64,000 nt of DNA from an uncultured Bacteroidales bacterium (GTDB taxonomy: Bacteria > Bacteroidota > Bacteroidia > Bacteroidales > UBA10428). The position numbers were made by a program, and so were the translations under genes. This document shows positions 40,336-49,796 of the stretch, in pieces (positions within the stretch are counted from its first letter, which is position 1; each line of letters opens with the position of its first letter). Under the pieces are notes generated by a model, which ran no database searches, was not told the DNA's origin, and saw only the letters and a program-made list of their open reading frames with translations. The stretch spans positions 91,871 through 155,870 of the forward strand of contig CAVQXX010000015.1 of assembly GCA_963717995.1 (NCBI GenBank), written 5' to 3'.

Positions 40336-43062
40336 TTACTTTCCTCCCCTTATCGATGCCTGGGCAGCAGCCAGACGAGCAATGGGAACGCGGTAAGGTG
40401 AACAGCTAACATAGGTCAGACCAGCCTTAAAGCAGAATTCAACTGAAGCGGGATCTCCACCCTGCTCACCGCAAATTCCAACCTTAAGATCAGGACGTGT
40501 AGCGCGACCTTTTTCAACTGACATTTTGATCAGCTGGCCAACGCCATCCTGGTCAATTGTCTGGAACGGATCAGCTGCCAGCATCTTCTTATCGAGGTAT
40601 TCATTGAGGAATCCGCCAATATCATCACGGCTGAAACCGAATGTCATCTGCGTAAGGTCATTGGTGCCAAATGAGAAAAATTCAGATGATTTAGCCATCC
40701 GGTCAGCGAGCAAGCAAGCCCGTGGAATTTCAATCATCGTTCCATATTTATAGTCGATGGCTTTTACTCCGAATTTGGCACATACCTCAGCATATACCTT
40801 ATCAGCAATTTTCTTCGTGAAATCGAGTTCGGAAACATCACAAGTTACCGGAACCATGATTTCGGGGTGCGGATCTTTTCCTTCTTTTATCAATTCAACA
40901 GATGATTCAAAAATAGCCCTGATCTGCATTTCCGATACCTCAGGATAGGTAACACCAAGGCGGACGCCACGGTGTCCCATCATCGGGTTGGATTCATGCA
41001 GTGTTTCCCCGCGTTTTGCAATGGCTGCAACAGATATGCCCAGTGCCTTTGCCAGCTCAGCCTGTTTGTCAGCTTTTTGCGGTACGAATTCATGCAGGGG
41101 AGGATCAAGCAACCGGAAAGTCACAGGTAAGCCGTCCATAGCGTCCATGGTGGCCTTTATGTCTTTCTTCACATAGGCGAATAGTTCGTTCAATGCCACC
41201 TTGCGTTCTGCAACACCTTCGCTGAGGATCATTTTTCTGAGCAGGAACAAGGGCTGATCTGCACCTTCTCCATAGAACATATGCTCTGTGCGGAAAAGAC
41301 CGATCCCTTCAGCGCCATATTCGCGGGCGATCCTGGCATCAGCAGGTGTATCGGCGTTTGTGCGAACACCCATTTTGCGGAATTTGTCCACCAGTTTCAT
41401 GAAATCCTGGAACCTTGGATTTTCAGTAGCATCCATAAGGGTAATAGCACCAAGATATACATTACCTTTTGTACCATTCAAAGTGACAAGGTCTCCTTCT
41501 TTCAATACGATATTTGAGCCGGATACCTTTGCAGTTTTGGTGGCAGCATCAACGTGAAGCTGTCCCGCGCCAACGATACAGCATTTACCCCAACCACGTG
41601 CCACGAGGGCTGCATGGGAGGTCATACCGCCCCGGGCAGTAAGAATACCTTCTGCTGCGCGCATCCCTTCAACATCTTCAGGATTGGTTTCCTCACGGAG
41701 AAGAATCACCTTTTCACCTTTACGGAACCATGCTACTGCATCTTCGGCAGTGAAAACCACTTTGCCGACTGCAGCACCGGGACCCGCAGGCAAACCTTTT
41801 ACAATAACACTTACCTTTTTCTCAGCGGCCGGATCGCAGATCGGGTGCAGCAATTCATCAAGCTGGGCCGGGTCAACACGCATAACCACTTTCTTTTCAT
41901 CGATCAGGCCTTCTTTCAACATATCCATGGCCATATTCAGTGCAGCTGTACCGGTACGTTTTCCTGCACGGCACTGCAGCATATACAATACATTTTCCTG
42001 TATGGTGAATTCAATATCGAGCATATCCTTGAAAGAAGTTTCAAGGATATCACGGATGTCGGATAATTCCTTATATGTGGAAGGCATGGCTTCCTGCATG
42101 CTCTTGAGGTGACTGTTCTGATCATTCTTGGTATCGTTGTTCAACGGGTTGGGGGTGCGGATACCGGCAACAACATCCTCTCCCTGTGCATTGATAAGCC
42201 ATTCTCCGTAGAATACATTTTCTCCGGTAGCCGGGTTACGGGTGAAAGCAACGCCTGTGGCTGATGAATCGCCCATATTGCCAAATACCATGGCCTGTAC
42301 ATTAACTGCTGTACCCCACTCATCGGGAATACCTTCAATGCGGCGATAAGAAATAGCTTTCTTGCCATTCCAGCTTTTGAATACGGCCTTGATCCCGCCT
42401 TCGAGCTGAGCTTTCGCGTCATCAGGAAATGGTTGTCCAAGGGAAGCATGAACCCTTTTCTTGAAATCTTCTGCCAATAATTTTAAATCATCAGCGTTCA
42501 GATCTGTATCTGATTTACATCCTTTTTTGTGTTTGTATGCATCCAGCATATCATCGAGTTGCTTGCGGATGCCCCTTCCGTCGGAAGGCTCAAGACCTTC
42601 GGCCTTTTCCATAACAACGTCGGCATACATCATGATCAACCGGCGATATGAATCCCAAACAAAACGCGGGTTGTTTGTTTTCTTAATGAAACCGGGAATA
42701 GTTGCTGAGCTCAATCCAATGTTCAACACAGTGTCCATCATACCGGGCATCGAACTACGCGCTCCGGAACGGCAGGATACCAGTAAGGCATTTGTGGGAT
42801 CTCCGAATTTCATACCCATGGCCTCTTCTGTCTTTTTCATGGCAGCCCAAACCTCTGGCATGAGTTCTGGAGGTAACTGACAGTCATTTTCATAATATTC
42901 TGTACAAACCTCGGTCGTAATTGTAAAACCCGCAGGCACGGGGAGGCCTAACAGGCACATTTCGGCCAGGTTAGCACCTTTACCACCAAGCAAATTCTTC
43001 ATATCTGCCTTACCTTCGGCTTTTTTAGCCCCGAATGAGTAAACGCGTTTAATGTTAGACAT
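40336..43062 (-). CDS. ppdK: Pyruvate, phosphate dikinase
   Basis: 908 aa; N-terminal ATP-grasp (..GGKGANLAEM..), phospho-histidine domain ..RGGMTSHAALVARGWGK.., C-terminal PEP-utilising TIM barrel (..FSFGTNDLTQ..). Confidence 0.95.
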   Translation of the reverse strand: MSNIKRVYSFGAKKAEGKADMKNLLGGKGANLAEMCLLGLPVPAGFTITTEVCTEYYENDCQLPPELMPEVWAAMKKTEEAMGMKFGDPTNALLVSCRSGARSSMPGMMDTVLNIGLSSATIPGFIKKTNNPRFVWDSYRRLIMMYADVVMEKAEGLEPSDGRGIRKQLDDMLDAYKHKKGCKSDTDLNADDLKLLAEDFKKRVHASLGQPFPDDAKAQLEGGIKAVFKSWNGKKAISYRRIEGIPDEWGTAVNVQAMVFGNMGDSSATGVAFTRNPATGENVFYGEWLINAQGEDVVAGIRTPNPLNNDTKNDQNSHLKSMQEAMPSTYKELSDIRDILETSFKDMLDIEFTIQENVLYMLQCRAGKRTGTAALNMAMDMLKEGLIDEKKVVMRVDPAQLDELLHPICDPAAEKKVSVIVKGLPAGPGAAVGKVVFTAEDAVAWFRKGEKVILLREETNPEDVEGMRAAEGILTARGGMTSHAALVARGWGKCCIVGAGQLHVDAATKTAKVSGSNIVLKEGDLVTLNGTKGNVYLGAITLMDATENPRFQDFMKLVDKFRKMGVRTNADTPADARIAREYGAEGIGLFRTEHMFYGEGADQPLFLLRKMILSEGVAERKVALNELFAYVKKDIKATMDAMDGLPVTFRLLDPPLHEFVPQKADKQAELAKALGISVAAIAKRGETLHESNPMMGHRGVRLGVTYPEVSEMQIRAIFESSVELIKEGKDPHPEIMVPVTCDVSELDFTKKIADKVYAEVCAKFGVKAIDYKYGTMIEIPRACLLADRMAKSSEFFSFGTNDLTQMTFGFSRDDIGGFLNEYLDKKMLAADPFQTIDQDGVGQLIKMSVEKGRATRPDLKVGICGEQGGDPASVEFCFKAGLTYVSCSPYRVPIARLAAAQASIRGGK

Positions 43063-43122
43063 CTTTTTAATTATTTAGTTTTCAATGTGTTAATAATAAA
43101 AATGGACTCTTTGTAAAAAGCA

Positions 43123-43130
43123 CAAATGTA
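43123..43130 (-). promoter_or_regulatory. Candidate -7 box upstream of ppdK
   Basis: Plus-strand caaatgta (minus-strand tacatttg), 61 nt upstream of the start at 43062. Confidence 0.4.
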
Positions 43131-43169
43131 ATAAAAAAAGTGGGTATTGATTCGGGATAAGCCAATATT

Positions 43170-44081
43170 TTACTTCTTTCGCATGGACCGGGGATGAAAT
43201 CTGATGATCGCATCACGAAGGAATTCCCGGTTCAGGTGTGTATAAATCTCTGTAGTCATAATGGATTCGTGCCCAAGCATTTCCTGCACAGCACGCAGAT
43301 CAGCCCCTCCTTCCACCAGGTGTGTTGCAAAGGAATGCCTGAATGTATGGGGACTAACCTGTTTAGTAATAGTAGTCTTTTTTAAAAGATCCTTAAGAAC
43401 GACAAATATCATAACACGTGTCAGTTTATTTCCCCTCCGGTTGAGAAATACGATGTTCTCTGCTCCTTTAACAGGAACCAAATGATTTCTTACATGTTCA
43501 AAATATTGTTCAATATAGCGGATGGCTGTTTCGCTGATTGGCACCAGTCGCTGTTTGCTACCTTTCCCGGTTACCTTTATAAATCCTTCCTTAAAAAACA
43601 TATTGGTGATCCGGAGATTGACAAGTTCACTGACACGTAAACCGCAACTGTATAAAGTTTCAATTATGGCTTTATTCCGTATCCCTTCAGGGTGGCTCAG
43701 GTCAATGGCCGCAATTATCTCATTGATTTCATCCAGGTGCAATATCACCGGAAGTTTACGGCCAGGCTTGGGTGACTCAAGTAGTTCAGACGGATCAGTT
43801 TTAATGCTTTCGTCCATGGCAAGGAATCTGAAAAATGATTTGATGCCGGAAACAATCCTGGCCTGTGATCGTGCACTCAGGCTAAATTCTCCTATCCAAA
43901 CCAGGAAATCTTTTAACTGAGCATAGGTAACCAATTCGGGTTGAACATCCTGACTGGTCATTTCAAGATATGCCTGCAACTTGCTGAGGTCGCAGAGATA
44001 TGCCTCCACTGAATTAGGCGAAAGTGACTTTTCTATCCGCAGGAAGGCCTTGTATCTGGCCGTTTGTTTTGACCAATCCAA
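43170..44081 (-). CDS. xerD: Tyrosine site-specific recombinase, XerD/XerC type
   Basis: 303 aa; SAM-like N-domain; catalytic region ..GLRVSEL.., ..HTFRHSFATHLVEGGADLRAVQEMLGHESIMTTEIYTHL... No flanking mobile-element genes. Confidence 0.8.
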   Translation of the reverse strand: MDWSKQTARYKAFLRIEKSLSPNSVEAYLCDLSKLQAYLEMTSQDVQPELVTYAQLKDFLVWIGEFSLSARSQARIVSGIKSFFRFLAMDESIKTDPSELLESPKPGRKLPVILHLDEINEIIAAIDLSHPEGIRNKAIIETLYSCGLRVSELVNLRITNMFFKEGFIKVTGKGSKQRLVPISETAIRYIEQYFEHVRNHLVPVKGAENIVFLNRRGNKLTRVMIFVVLKDLLKKTTITKQVSPHTFRHSFATHLVEGGADLRAVQEMLGHESIMTTEIYTHLNREFLRDAIIRFHPRSMRKK

Positions 44082-44129
44082 TTGAAACAGATAAATTTAC
44101 GCGAAATTAGCTAATTTGAAGGTAATTTA

Positions 44130-44137
44130 TACTTTTG
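44130..44137 (+). promoter_or_regulatory. Candidate -7 box upstream of pyk
   Basis: tacttttg, 28 nt upstream of the ATG at 44165. A TTTG lies at 44115-44118. Confidence 0.4.
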
Positions 44138-44164
44138 CACTTCATTTTAAAATGTTTCATTAAC

Positions 44165-45589
44165 ATGTTGAAGAAAACTAAAATTGTAGCCACCATATCC
44201 GATCTGAAGTGTGATGTTGATTTTATAAGGTCTCTGTACGAAAATGGAATGAATGTGGTGCGGCTGAATACTGCCCATCAGTCGGTTCATGCATCTTTAC
44301 AGGTTATCCAAAATGTGCGGGCTGTTTCTGATAAAATTGCGATTATTCTGGATACCAAGGGTCCTGAAATCAGGACAACCCCTTCCGATTACAAGGTGGC
44401 GGTTAAAAGAGGTGATAAAATTTATATACGCGGAAACAGTTCTTTAAGTACGTTACCGGATTGTATTTATGTCAGTTATAACAATTTTGCAGATGAAGTA
44501 GGCCCGGGCAAAAAAATCCTTATTGATGACGGAGATATTGAATTTGAAGTAATTGAAAAAAATGGTGACGCCTTATTATGCCAGGCAAACAATGACGGGA
44601 CTGTAAAAGGCAAGAAAAGCGTTAATGTACCTGACGTAAGGTTTAACCTGCCCGCCCTGAATGACCGTGACAGAGAATATATTGATTTTGCGATAGAAAA
44701 CGATATCGACTTTATTGCACATTCCTTCGTGAGGAACAGGGAAGATGTGCTTGCCATTCAGCAGATTCTTGATAAACATAAGTCAAGGATCAAGATCATC
44801 GCAAAAATCGAAAATGGAGAAGGCGTAGAAAATATCGACGAGATCCTGCAGCATATCTATGGTGTAATGGTTGCCCGAGGCGACCTGGCCATTGAAATTC
44901 CATATGAGAAGATACCCGGCATTCAGAAGATGATAATCAACAAATGTATTGATGCCCGCAAACCGGTGATCGTAGCCACCCAGATGCTTCATTCAATGAT
45001 TGAAAACCCAAGGCCTACAAGGGCTGAGGTATCCGATGTTGCCAATGCAATTTATTCAAAAGCCGATGCCATTATGTTAAGCGGGGAAACGGCCTATGGC
45101 AATTACCCGCTTGAGGCAGTGATGACAATGGCACGTATTGCCACTGAGGTTGAAAAAAGCAGGAGTGATCTGCACATCACACCCATGCTGGTAATGAGTA
45201 CCCGAACATCGGCTTACCTTTCGAAAAGTGCCGTGGAAGCTTCCATTGAACTCGATTGCAATGCTATCATAGCCGATACTTCCACTGGCCGCACGATCAG
45301 AAATGTTGCCGGCTACAGGGGCAGAAAGGTTGTATTCGCCCAGTGTTATGATGAACGGGTAGTCCGTGAACTCGCCCTGTCGTTTGGCGTATATGCCGAC
45401 CATATCCAGGAAGGACCTACCTATTACTTTATTGTGCAGTCACTTAAAAGTCTGCTGGAAAGACAACTATTGAAGAAATCAGATATGGTTGTTATTCTGG
45501 GTGGTAATTTTGAATGGACCCAAAGCGCTTCCTTCATTGAAATCAGTACTGTTGAAAACATGCTAAACTTGCTGCACAAGGGTTATTAA
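44165..45589 (+). CDS. pyk: Pyruvate kinase
   Basis: MLKKTKIVATI.., ..MNVVRLNTAH.., ..IIAKIENGEGVENIDEIL.., ..MVARGDLAIEIP.., ..MLSGETA... The ATG at 44165 is preferred over 44135. Confidence 0.92.
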   Translation: MLKKTKIVATISDLKCDVDFIRSLYENGMNVVRLNTAHQSVHASLQVIQNVRAVSDKIAIILDTKGPEIRTTPSDYKVAVKRGDKIYIRGNSSLSTLPDCIYVSYNNFADEVGPGKKILIDDGDIEFEVIEKNGDALLCQANNDGTVKGKKSVNVPDVRFNLPALNDRDREYIDFAIENDIDFIAHSFVRNREDVLAIQQILDKHKSRIKIIAKIENGEGVENIDEILQHIYGVMVARGDLAIEIPYEKIPGIQKMIINKCIDARKPVIVATQMLHSMIENPRPTRAEVSDVANAIYSKADAIMLSGETAYGNYPLEAVMTMARIATEVEKSRSDLHITPMLVMSTRTSAYLSKSAVEASIELDCNAIIADTSTGRTIRNVAGYRGRKVVFAQCYDERVVRELALSFGVYADHIQEGPTYYFIVQSLKSLLERQLLKKSDMVVILGGNFEWTQSASFIEISTVENMLNLLHKGY

Positions 45590-45631
45590 ACACTTTTTTA
45601 TTATCTTTAGGTAGCTGAATTTGTAATCAGG

Positions 45632-46312
45632 ATGGATGAACAAAGGCTTGAGATTGATAGCATTATACCTCTTCAGAATTATCTGATTTCTGATGAGATT
45701 GATGAGATCAGTGGGCATATCAGCGTAGTTCATTATTTGAAGCGGGATATTATTTTTCGACAGAATTCAGGGACTTCCCATCTAATGTTTGTTAAATCAG
45801 GATTGGTGAAGGTGTACAAGGAGAGAAAGGACGGGCGGGCATATATTCTGAAAATTCATACTTCAGGCGAGTTCCTGGGTCTTCTGTCATTTTATGGAAA
45901 TTCAATTCACCAGTTTTCGGCTTCGGCTGTGGAGGAATGTGAAATCGGATATATTGATATTCAGGTTTTCAACCGTATTTTGAAAAAGAATGGGACCTTT
46001 GCCACGGAATTGATCAGGCTTGTAAGCACAGAAGGCTTGTTTATGTTTGAGAAACTGTTACGGCTTTCCCATAAACAGCTTCCGGGAAGGATTGCAGATG
46101 TGATCCTGTATTTTTCTGACATCATCTATAAGAATGAGGAATTCGATTTTCCGCTTACCCGGAGAGAACTTGCTGAATTGGCCGGTACAACAAAGGAAAG
46201 TTTTATCCGTACCTTAGCAGAGTTTAAAAATGACAAGATCATTGAACTGAATGGTTCACACGTGAAAATAAAAAGCATGAAGATTGTCCGCATCCTGAGT
46301 GAATTGGGTTGA
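45632..46312 (+). CDS. Crp/Fnr family transcriptional regulator
   Basis: 226 aa; cNMP-binding-like beta-roll (..GEFLGL..) and C-terminal HTH (..TRRELAELAGTTKESFIRTLAEFK..). Confidence 0.8.
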   Translation: MDEQRLEIDSIIPLQNYLISDEIDEISGHISVVHYLKRDIIFRQNSGTSHLMFVKSGLVKVYKERKDGRAYILKIHTSGEFLGLLSFYGNSIHQFSASAVEECEIGYIDIQVFNRILKKNGTFATELIRLVSTEGLFMFEKLLRLSHKQLPGRIADVILYFSDIIYKNEEFDFPLTRRELAELAGTTKESFIRTLAEFKNDKIIELNGSHVKIKSMKIVRILSELG

Positions 46313-46334
46313 GACAACAAATAAAAACCAGTTG

Positions 46335-46715
46335 ATGAAAATAATTATCGCAGACGATTTCTATTCCAACCGACTCCTTATTTTAGAGATACTTAAGGAT
46401 ATGGGCCATGAGTTGATTGAAGCTGAAAACGGACAGCAGGCGTTTGACGCCCTTGAAAAGCATAATGATGTTGACCTGGTGCTGATGGATATTGAAATGC
46501 CCGTTATGAGTGGCCTGGAAGCCATGAGACTTATCCGGAGCAAACTATCCTATCCGAAAAACAGTGTGCCCATAATTGCCCTCACAGCCCATAATTCGAT
46601 GATATTAATGGATGAGCCAAATATTGAAGGATTTAATGGAATGTTGATCAAACCTTATTCTATCAGCAGGATATCTGAGATTCTGGATACTTTTAAAAGA
46701 AAAAAAGAGGAATAA
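46335..46715 (+). CDS. Stand-alone response-regulator receiver (CheY-like) protein
   Basis: MKIIIADDF.., ..DLVLMDIEMPVMSGLEA.., ..IIALTAH.., ..LIKPY..; no output domain. ATG at 46335, 20 nt after the Crp/Fnr stop. Confidence 0.8.
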   Translation: MKIIIADDFYSNRLLILEILKDMGHELIEAENGQQAFDALEKHNDVDLVLMDIEMPVMSGLEAMRLIRSKLSYPKNSVPIIALTAHNSMILMDEPNIEGFNGMLIKPYSISRISEILDTFKRKKEE

Positions 46716-46732
46716 GAAATTCAGTTAATCAT

Positions 46733-47191
46733 TCAATCAAATAATTTTTTCACAATATTTTCAAGGTGAAGAGCATCTGTATTGTCAAAATTTGACAGGA
46801 GGTTGCTATCGATATCAAGAACACCGATTAATTTGTTTTCACGATTTTTTACAGGCACTACAATTTCTGATTTTGACCTGGAATCACAAGCGATATGTCC
46901 CGGAAACCGGTGCACATCATCTACAACGATTGTCTGATCCTGATTGATACCCGTCCAGCATACACCTTTATCCTTTTCAAGCTCCAGGCACGCCAGAGGA
47001 CCCTGGTATGGTCCTACAATCAGACGGCCTTCTTTTAACAGGTAAAAACCAACCCAGAAAAACCCATCCATTTTATGATAGAGAACTGCATTGACGGTAG
47101 CCATTCGGGCATCCATATCCTGGTTTTTTCTGAACAGCTCTGTAATTTGCTTTTCAAGTCGGGTGTAGCGCGCGGATTTTTTGTCATTCAT
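46733..47191 (-). CDS. GAF-domain protein (free methionine-(R)-sulfoxide reductase MsrC/YebR-like)
   Basis: 152 aa; ..FFWVGFYL..LIVGPYQGPLACLEL..GVCW.., ..FPGHIACDSRSKSEIVVPV... Confidence 0.7.
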   Translation of the reverse strand: MNDKKSARYTRLEKQITELFRKNQDMDARMATVNAVLYHKMDGFFWVGFYLLKEGRLIVGPYQGPLACLELEKDKGVCWTGINQDQTIVVDDVHRFPGHIACDSRSKSEIVVPVKNRENKLIGVLDIDSNLLSNFDNTDALHLENIVKKLFD

Positions 47192-47230
47192 AATGGCAAA
47201 TTTACGATTTATCGTTTAGTATGGAGTAAA

Positions 47231-47391
47231 AAAGTTTAAAAAGTACGCCTTCGGCATTTTGAGAATTTACCGCGAAGGACTCAAAGGATTTTTCCCGAAG
47301 AGATGCCTTCGGCACACAAAGGAAACCCAAAGGAATTTCTGCCACAAAGACTCAAAGACACAAAGGATCTCATTGCATTCGATTAACCGTT
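47231..47391. repeat. 161-bp dispersed repeat, copy A
   Basis: Aligns without gaps to 58316-58476 with 7 mismatches in 161 by my manual alignment. Contains CTTCGG-type hairpins (acgccttcggc, ccgaag..cttcgg) and CACAAAG/ACTCAAAG words. Confidence 0.92.
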
Positions 47392-47402
47392 AAAGAAAAT
47401 AC

Positions 47403-47434
47403 TGATTACCGATTACCGAATACCGATTACCGAC
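47403..47434. repeat. (GATTACC)n 7-bp tandem array abutting the arfB stop codon
   Basis: tgattaccgattaccgaataccgattaccgac; the arfB stop codon is at 47435-47437. Confidence 0.88.
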
Positions 47435-47848
47435 TTATTCATCCATCTTCCGGAGTGCCTTTTTTCGGGACTGTAGTTTTTTTGATTCTATTCTTCTTTC
47501 TTTTGACGCCAGGGTAGGTCGCGTTGGTTTACGCTTCCTGACAGGCATCAGGGCCTTTTGAAGTAATTTATAAAACCGTTCCGTAACTTTTTTCTTATTA
47601 GCTATCTGTGAACGTTCGGTTTGTGAAACAAGGATTAGAAATCCTTCCTTATTGATCCTGTTGCCCAGGGCAGATTGAATCTTTGCCTTTTCTTCATCAT
47701 TCAGCAAGGAAGAACCAGCAATGTTATACCGAAGCTCAATGCGGGTATTCACCTTATTCACATTCTGTCCGCCAGGGCCACTGCTCCGTGATGATGAATA
47801 AATCAATTCCCCCGACAGATCTCTATCCTGAATACCGGCCTCAAACAT
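47435..47848 (-). CDS. arfB: Alternative ribosome-rescue factor ArfB (peptidyl-tRNA hydrolase, GGQ family)
   Basis: 137 aa; ..SSGPGGQNVNKVNT.. GGQ motif and a basic C-terminal tail. Confidence 0.85.
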   Translation of the reverse strand: MFEAGIQDRDLSGELIYSSSRSSGPGGQNVNKVNTRIELRYNIAGSSLLNDEEKAKIQSALGNRINKEGFLILVSQTERSQIANKKKVTERFYKLLQKALMPVRKRKPTRPTLASKERRIESKKLQSRKKALRKMDE

Positions 47849-47895
47849 ATTCTTTTTACTTCACTTTATACTATATACGATTTCCGACAGGATGA

Positions 47896-49095
47896 TCAAA
47901 GCAGAAATTTCAAACACACAGGAGAAGGAATAATGGTTTCAAGGCCTGTATCCTCCAATCTTCCTGTTTCCTGATCAATCCTGAATGTAACAATATTTCC
48001 GGTATCCTGGTTGGCAACAAGCAGGAACTTTCCTGTGGGATCGATGATGAAATTCCTGGGTGTTTTTCCTTTTACCGGCTGATGGCCAACGAGTGTTAAT
48101 TTACCCGTTTGCTGATCAACCTTATAAATAGCAAGATTATTGACTTTGGCCCGGTTGGAAGCATAAAGGAATTTTCCTGAAGGCGTCAGATGGATATCGG
48201 CACAGGAAGCGTCTGCTTTCAAACCCGGATCGAGCGTAGAGATGACCTGTATCCGTCTGAGAGCAACTGTTACAGAATCAACCTCCATTACTTCGATAGT
48301 TCCGTTCAGCTCATTAATCCCGTATGCCAGATTCATGGAAGGATGAAATGCCAGGTGCCTGGGTCCCGCCCCCGGCATGGTGGCATAATTATGTCCGGTA
48401 TTGATTAATTTACCAGTGGTAGTATTCAGTTTATAAATATAAATGGTATCTACTCCCAGATCACAGGAATAAATCAGATTGTTTGCCGGGTTTTGAAAAA
48501 TAAAATGTGCGTGGGCAGCATCCTGCCGTGGGGAAGATCCCTTCCCTGCATGCTGATGAACCATGGTGGCTTCGCCCAGTGACCCTGAATCCCTTACCGG
48601 TAAAACAGCAACGGTTCCGCTTCCGTAATTGGCACACATAATCCATTTCCTTGTTTTATCCAATGAAATATAACAGGGATAATTTCCCTGCGATGATACT
48701 GTATTTATTAAAACCATTTGTCGGCCGTCGCTCAAAAGCCTGAAAGCACTGATTGATCCACCCGGTTTATCCCTGCTTCCGGTTTCATTTACGGCATATA
48801 ACATGTTATTTTCATTATCCGTAACCATGTAGGAAGGATTTACGGTATGCGGACTGCTGTTTATATAGGTAAGTTTGCCACTTTTGGTATTCAGCTCGTA
48901 AACGTAAATGCCCGTCGCTTTTCCGACCGTAAGATCTTCCGTTTCAGTATAGGTACCAACGTACATAATTATTAACGAGTCCAGTTTTAATGAATCATCA
49001 GATCCTGCAAGCACAGCAGAACGAACGCCCGGCTTGCAACCTGTCATGGAAAGTATGGCCAGGGATAAATATAACAGAATACGTTTGGCTTTCAT
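47896..49095 (-). CDS. Lipoprotein, lactonase family 7-bladed beta-propeller (6-phosphogluconolactonase-like)
   Basis: The ATG at 49095 gives a lipoprotein signal (..LAILSMTGC). Repeated propeller-blade pattern, ..GAGPRHLAFHP.., ..PRNFIIDPTGKFLLVANQ... The 44-codon extension in the ORF track would overlap the sigma-factor gene. Confidence 0.75.
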   Translation of the reverse strand: MKAKRILLYLSLAILSMTGCKPGVRSAVLAGSDDSLKLDSLIIMYVGTYTETEDLTVGKATGIYVYELNTKSGKLTYINSSPHTVNPSYMVTDNENNMLYAVNETGSRDKPGGSISAFRLLSDGRQMVLINTVSSQGNYPCYISLDKTRKWIMCANYGSGTVAVLPVRDSGSLGEATMVHQHAGKGSSPRQDAAHAHFIFQNPANNLIYSCDLGVDTIYIYKLNTTTGKLINTGHNYATMPGAGPRHLAFHPSMNLAYGINELNGTIEVMEVDSVTVALRRIQVISTLDPGLKADASCADIHLTPSGKFLYASNRAKVNNLAIYKVDQQTGKLTLVGHQPVKGKTPRNFIIDPTGKFLLVANQDTGNIVTFRIDQETGRLEDTGLETIIPSPVCLKFLL

Positions 49096-49122
49096 ATGTC
49101 CGATAGGATAAAAGGATTGCCA

Positions 49123-49130
49123 CAAAGATA
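49123..49130 (-). promoter_or_regulatory. Candidate -7 box upstream of the lactonase-family gene
   Basis: Plus-strand caaagata (minus-strand tatctttg), 28 nt upstream of the start at 49095. Confidence 0.4.
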
Positions 49131-49220
49131 GGAAAAATAAAATGGCCCGGTTTTTACATCTTTTGTGAATAAAAGTATAATTTAACCTGTTAATTTTACA
49201 CAGACACCAGGCGATATCTG

Positions 49221-49796
49221 ATGACATCGGAAAATAAGAACAATGAGCGGAATGCGACTATTCCCATAATGACCCTTGACAACTTCGAGGCATTGTTCAA
49301 ACAATACTATGCACCGCTTGTTGTTTATGCCTGCAAGTATTTACCGGAAAAGGATGCAGCGCGTGAGATTGTACAGGATTTTTTTGTGAAACTATATGAA
49401 AAACGGTCCTCACTTACCATCGATACTTCCCTGAAATCATATTTGTACCGTTCGGTTTATAACGCATGCATCAATTATATCAATCAGCGGAGTATACAGG
49501 ACAAACATATCAGAAACATCGATCTGGAAAGAAATGTTGAAGAAAATCTTGAAAACGAGATTAACAGTGTGGAATTACAGAACCGGATATTTAATCTCAT
49601 TGAAGCCCTCCCTCCCAAATGCAAGAAAATTTTTAAAATGAACCGGCTCGAGGGCATGAAAAATGAAGAAATAGCTGTTTCACTTCATCTTTCAAAAAGA
49701 ACAGTTGAAACACAGATTAGTAAGGCTTTGAAAATTTTGAGGAATAAATTATCAGATTATAATCTGGATACAGGTACAAATCAGGCCTCAATCTGA
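49221..49796 (+). CDS. ECF (sigma-70 family, group 4) RNA polymerase sigma factor
   Basis: Region 2 (..FEALFKQYYAPLVVYACKYL..AREIVQDFF..) and region 4 HTH (..EGMKNEEIAVSLHLSKRTVETQISKALKIL..). Start could be the ATG at 49269. Confidence 0.85.
   Translation: MTSENKNNERNATIPIMTLDNFEALFKQYYAPLVVYACKYLPEKDAAREIVQDFFVKLYEKRSSLTIDTSLKSYLYRSVYNACINYINQRSIQDKHIRNIDLERNVEENLENEINSVELQNRIFNLIEALPPKCKKIFKMNRLEGMKNEEIAVSLHLSKRTVETQISKALKILRNKLSDYNLDTGTNQASI

Noticed and set aside
41281-42880. Several 60-170 aa plus-strand ORFs inside ppdK (similar antisense ORFs occur in pgmB, GH65, GH29, the MFS genes, the 1501-aa gene and others)
   Set aside because: They are antisense shadows of strongly supported genes with low-complexity or biased composition. 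None shows a recognisable motif.
43170-44081. Tyrosine recombinase as a marker of an integrated mobile element
   Set aside because: Its size and motifs fit housekeeping XerD/XerC. Its neighbours are ppdK and pyk. I saw no flanking direct repeats, tRNA target, or phage or conjugation genes.
49096-49227. N-terminal extension of the lactonase-family ORF overlapping the sigma-factor start
   Set aside because: The internal ATG at 49095 yields a classic lipoprotein signal peptide. The extension has no homology-like features and contains the gene's own -7-like box.
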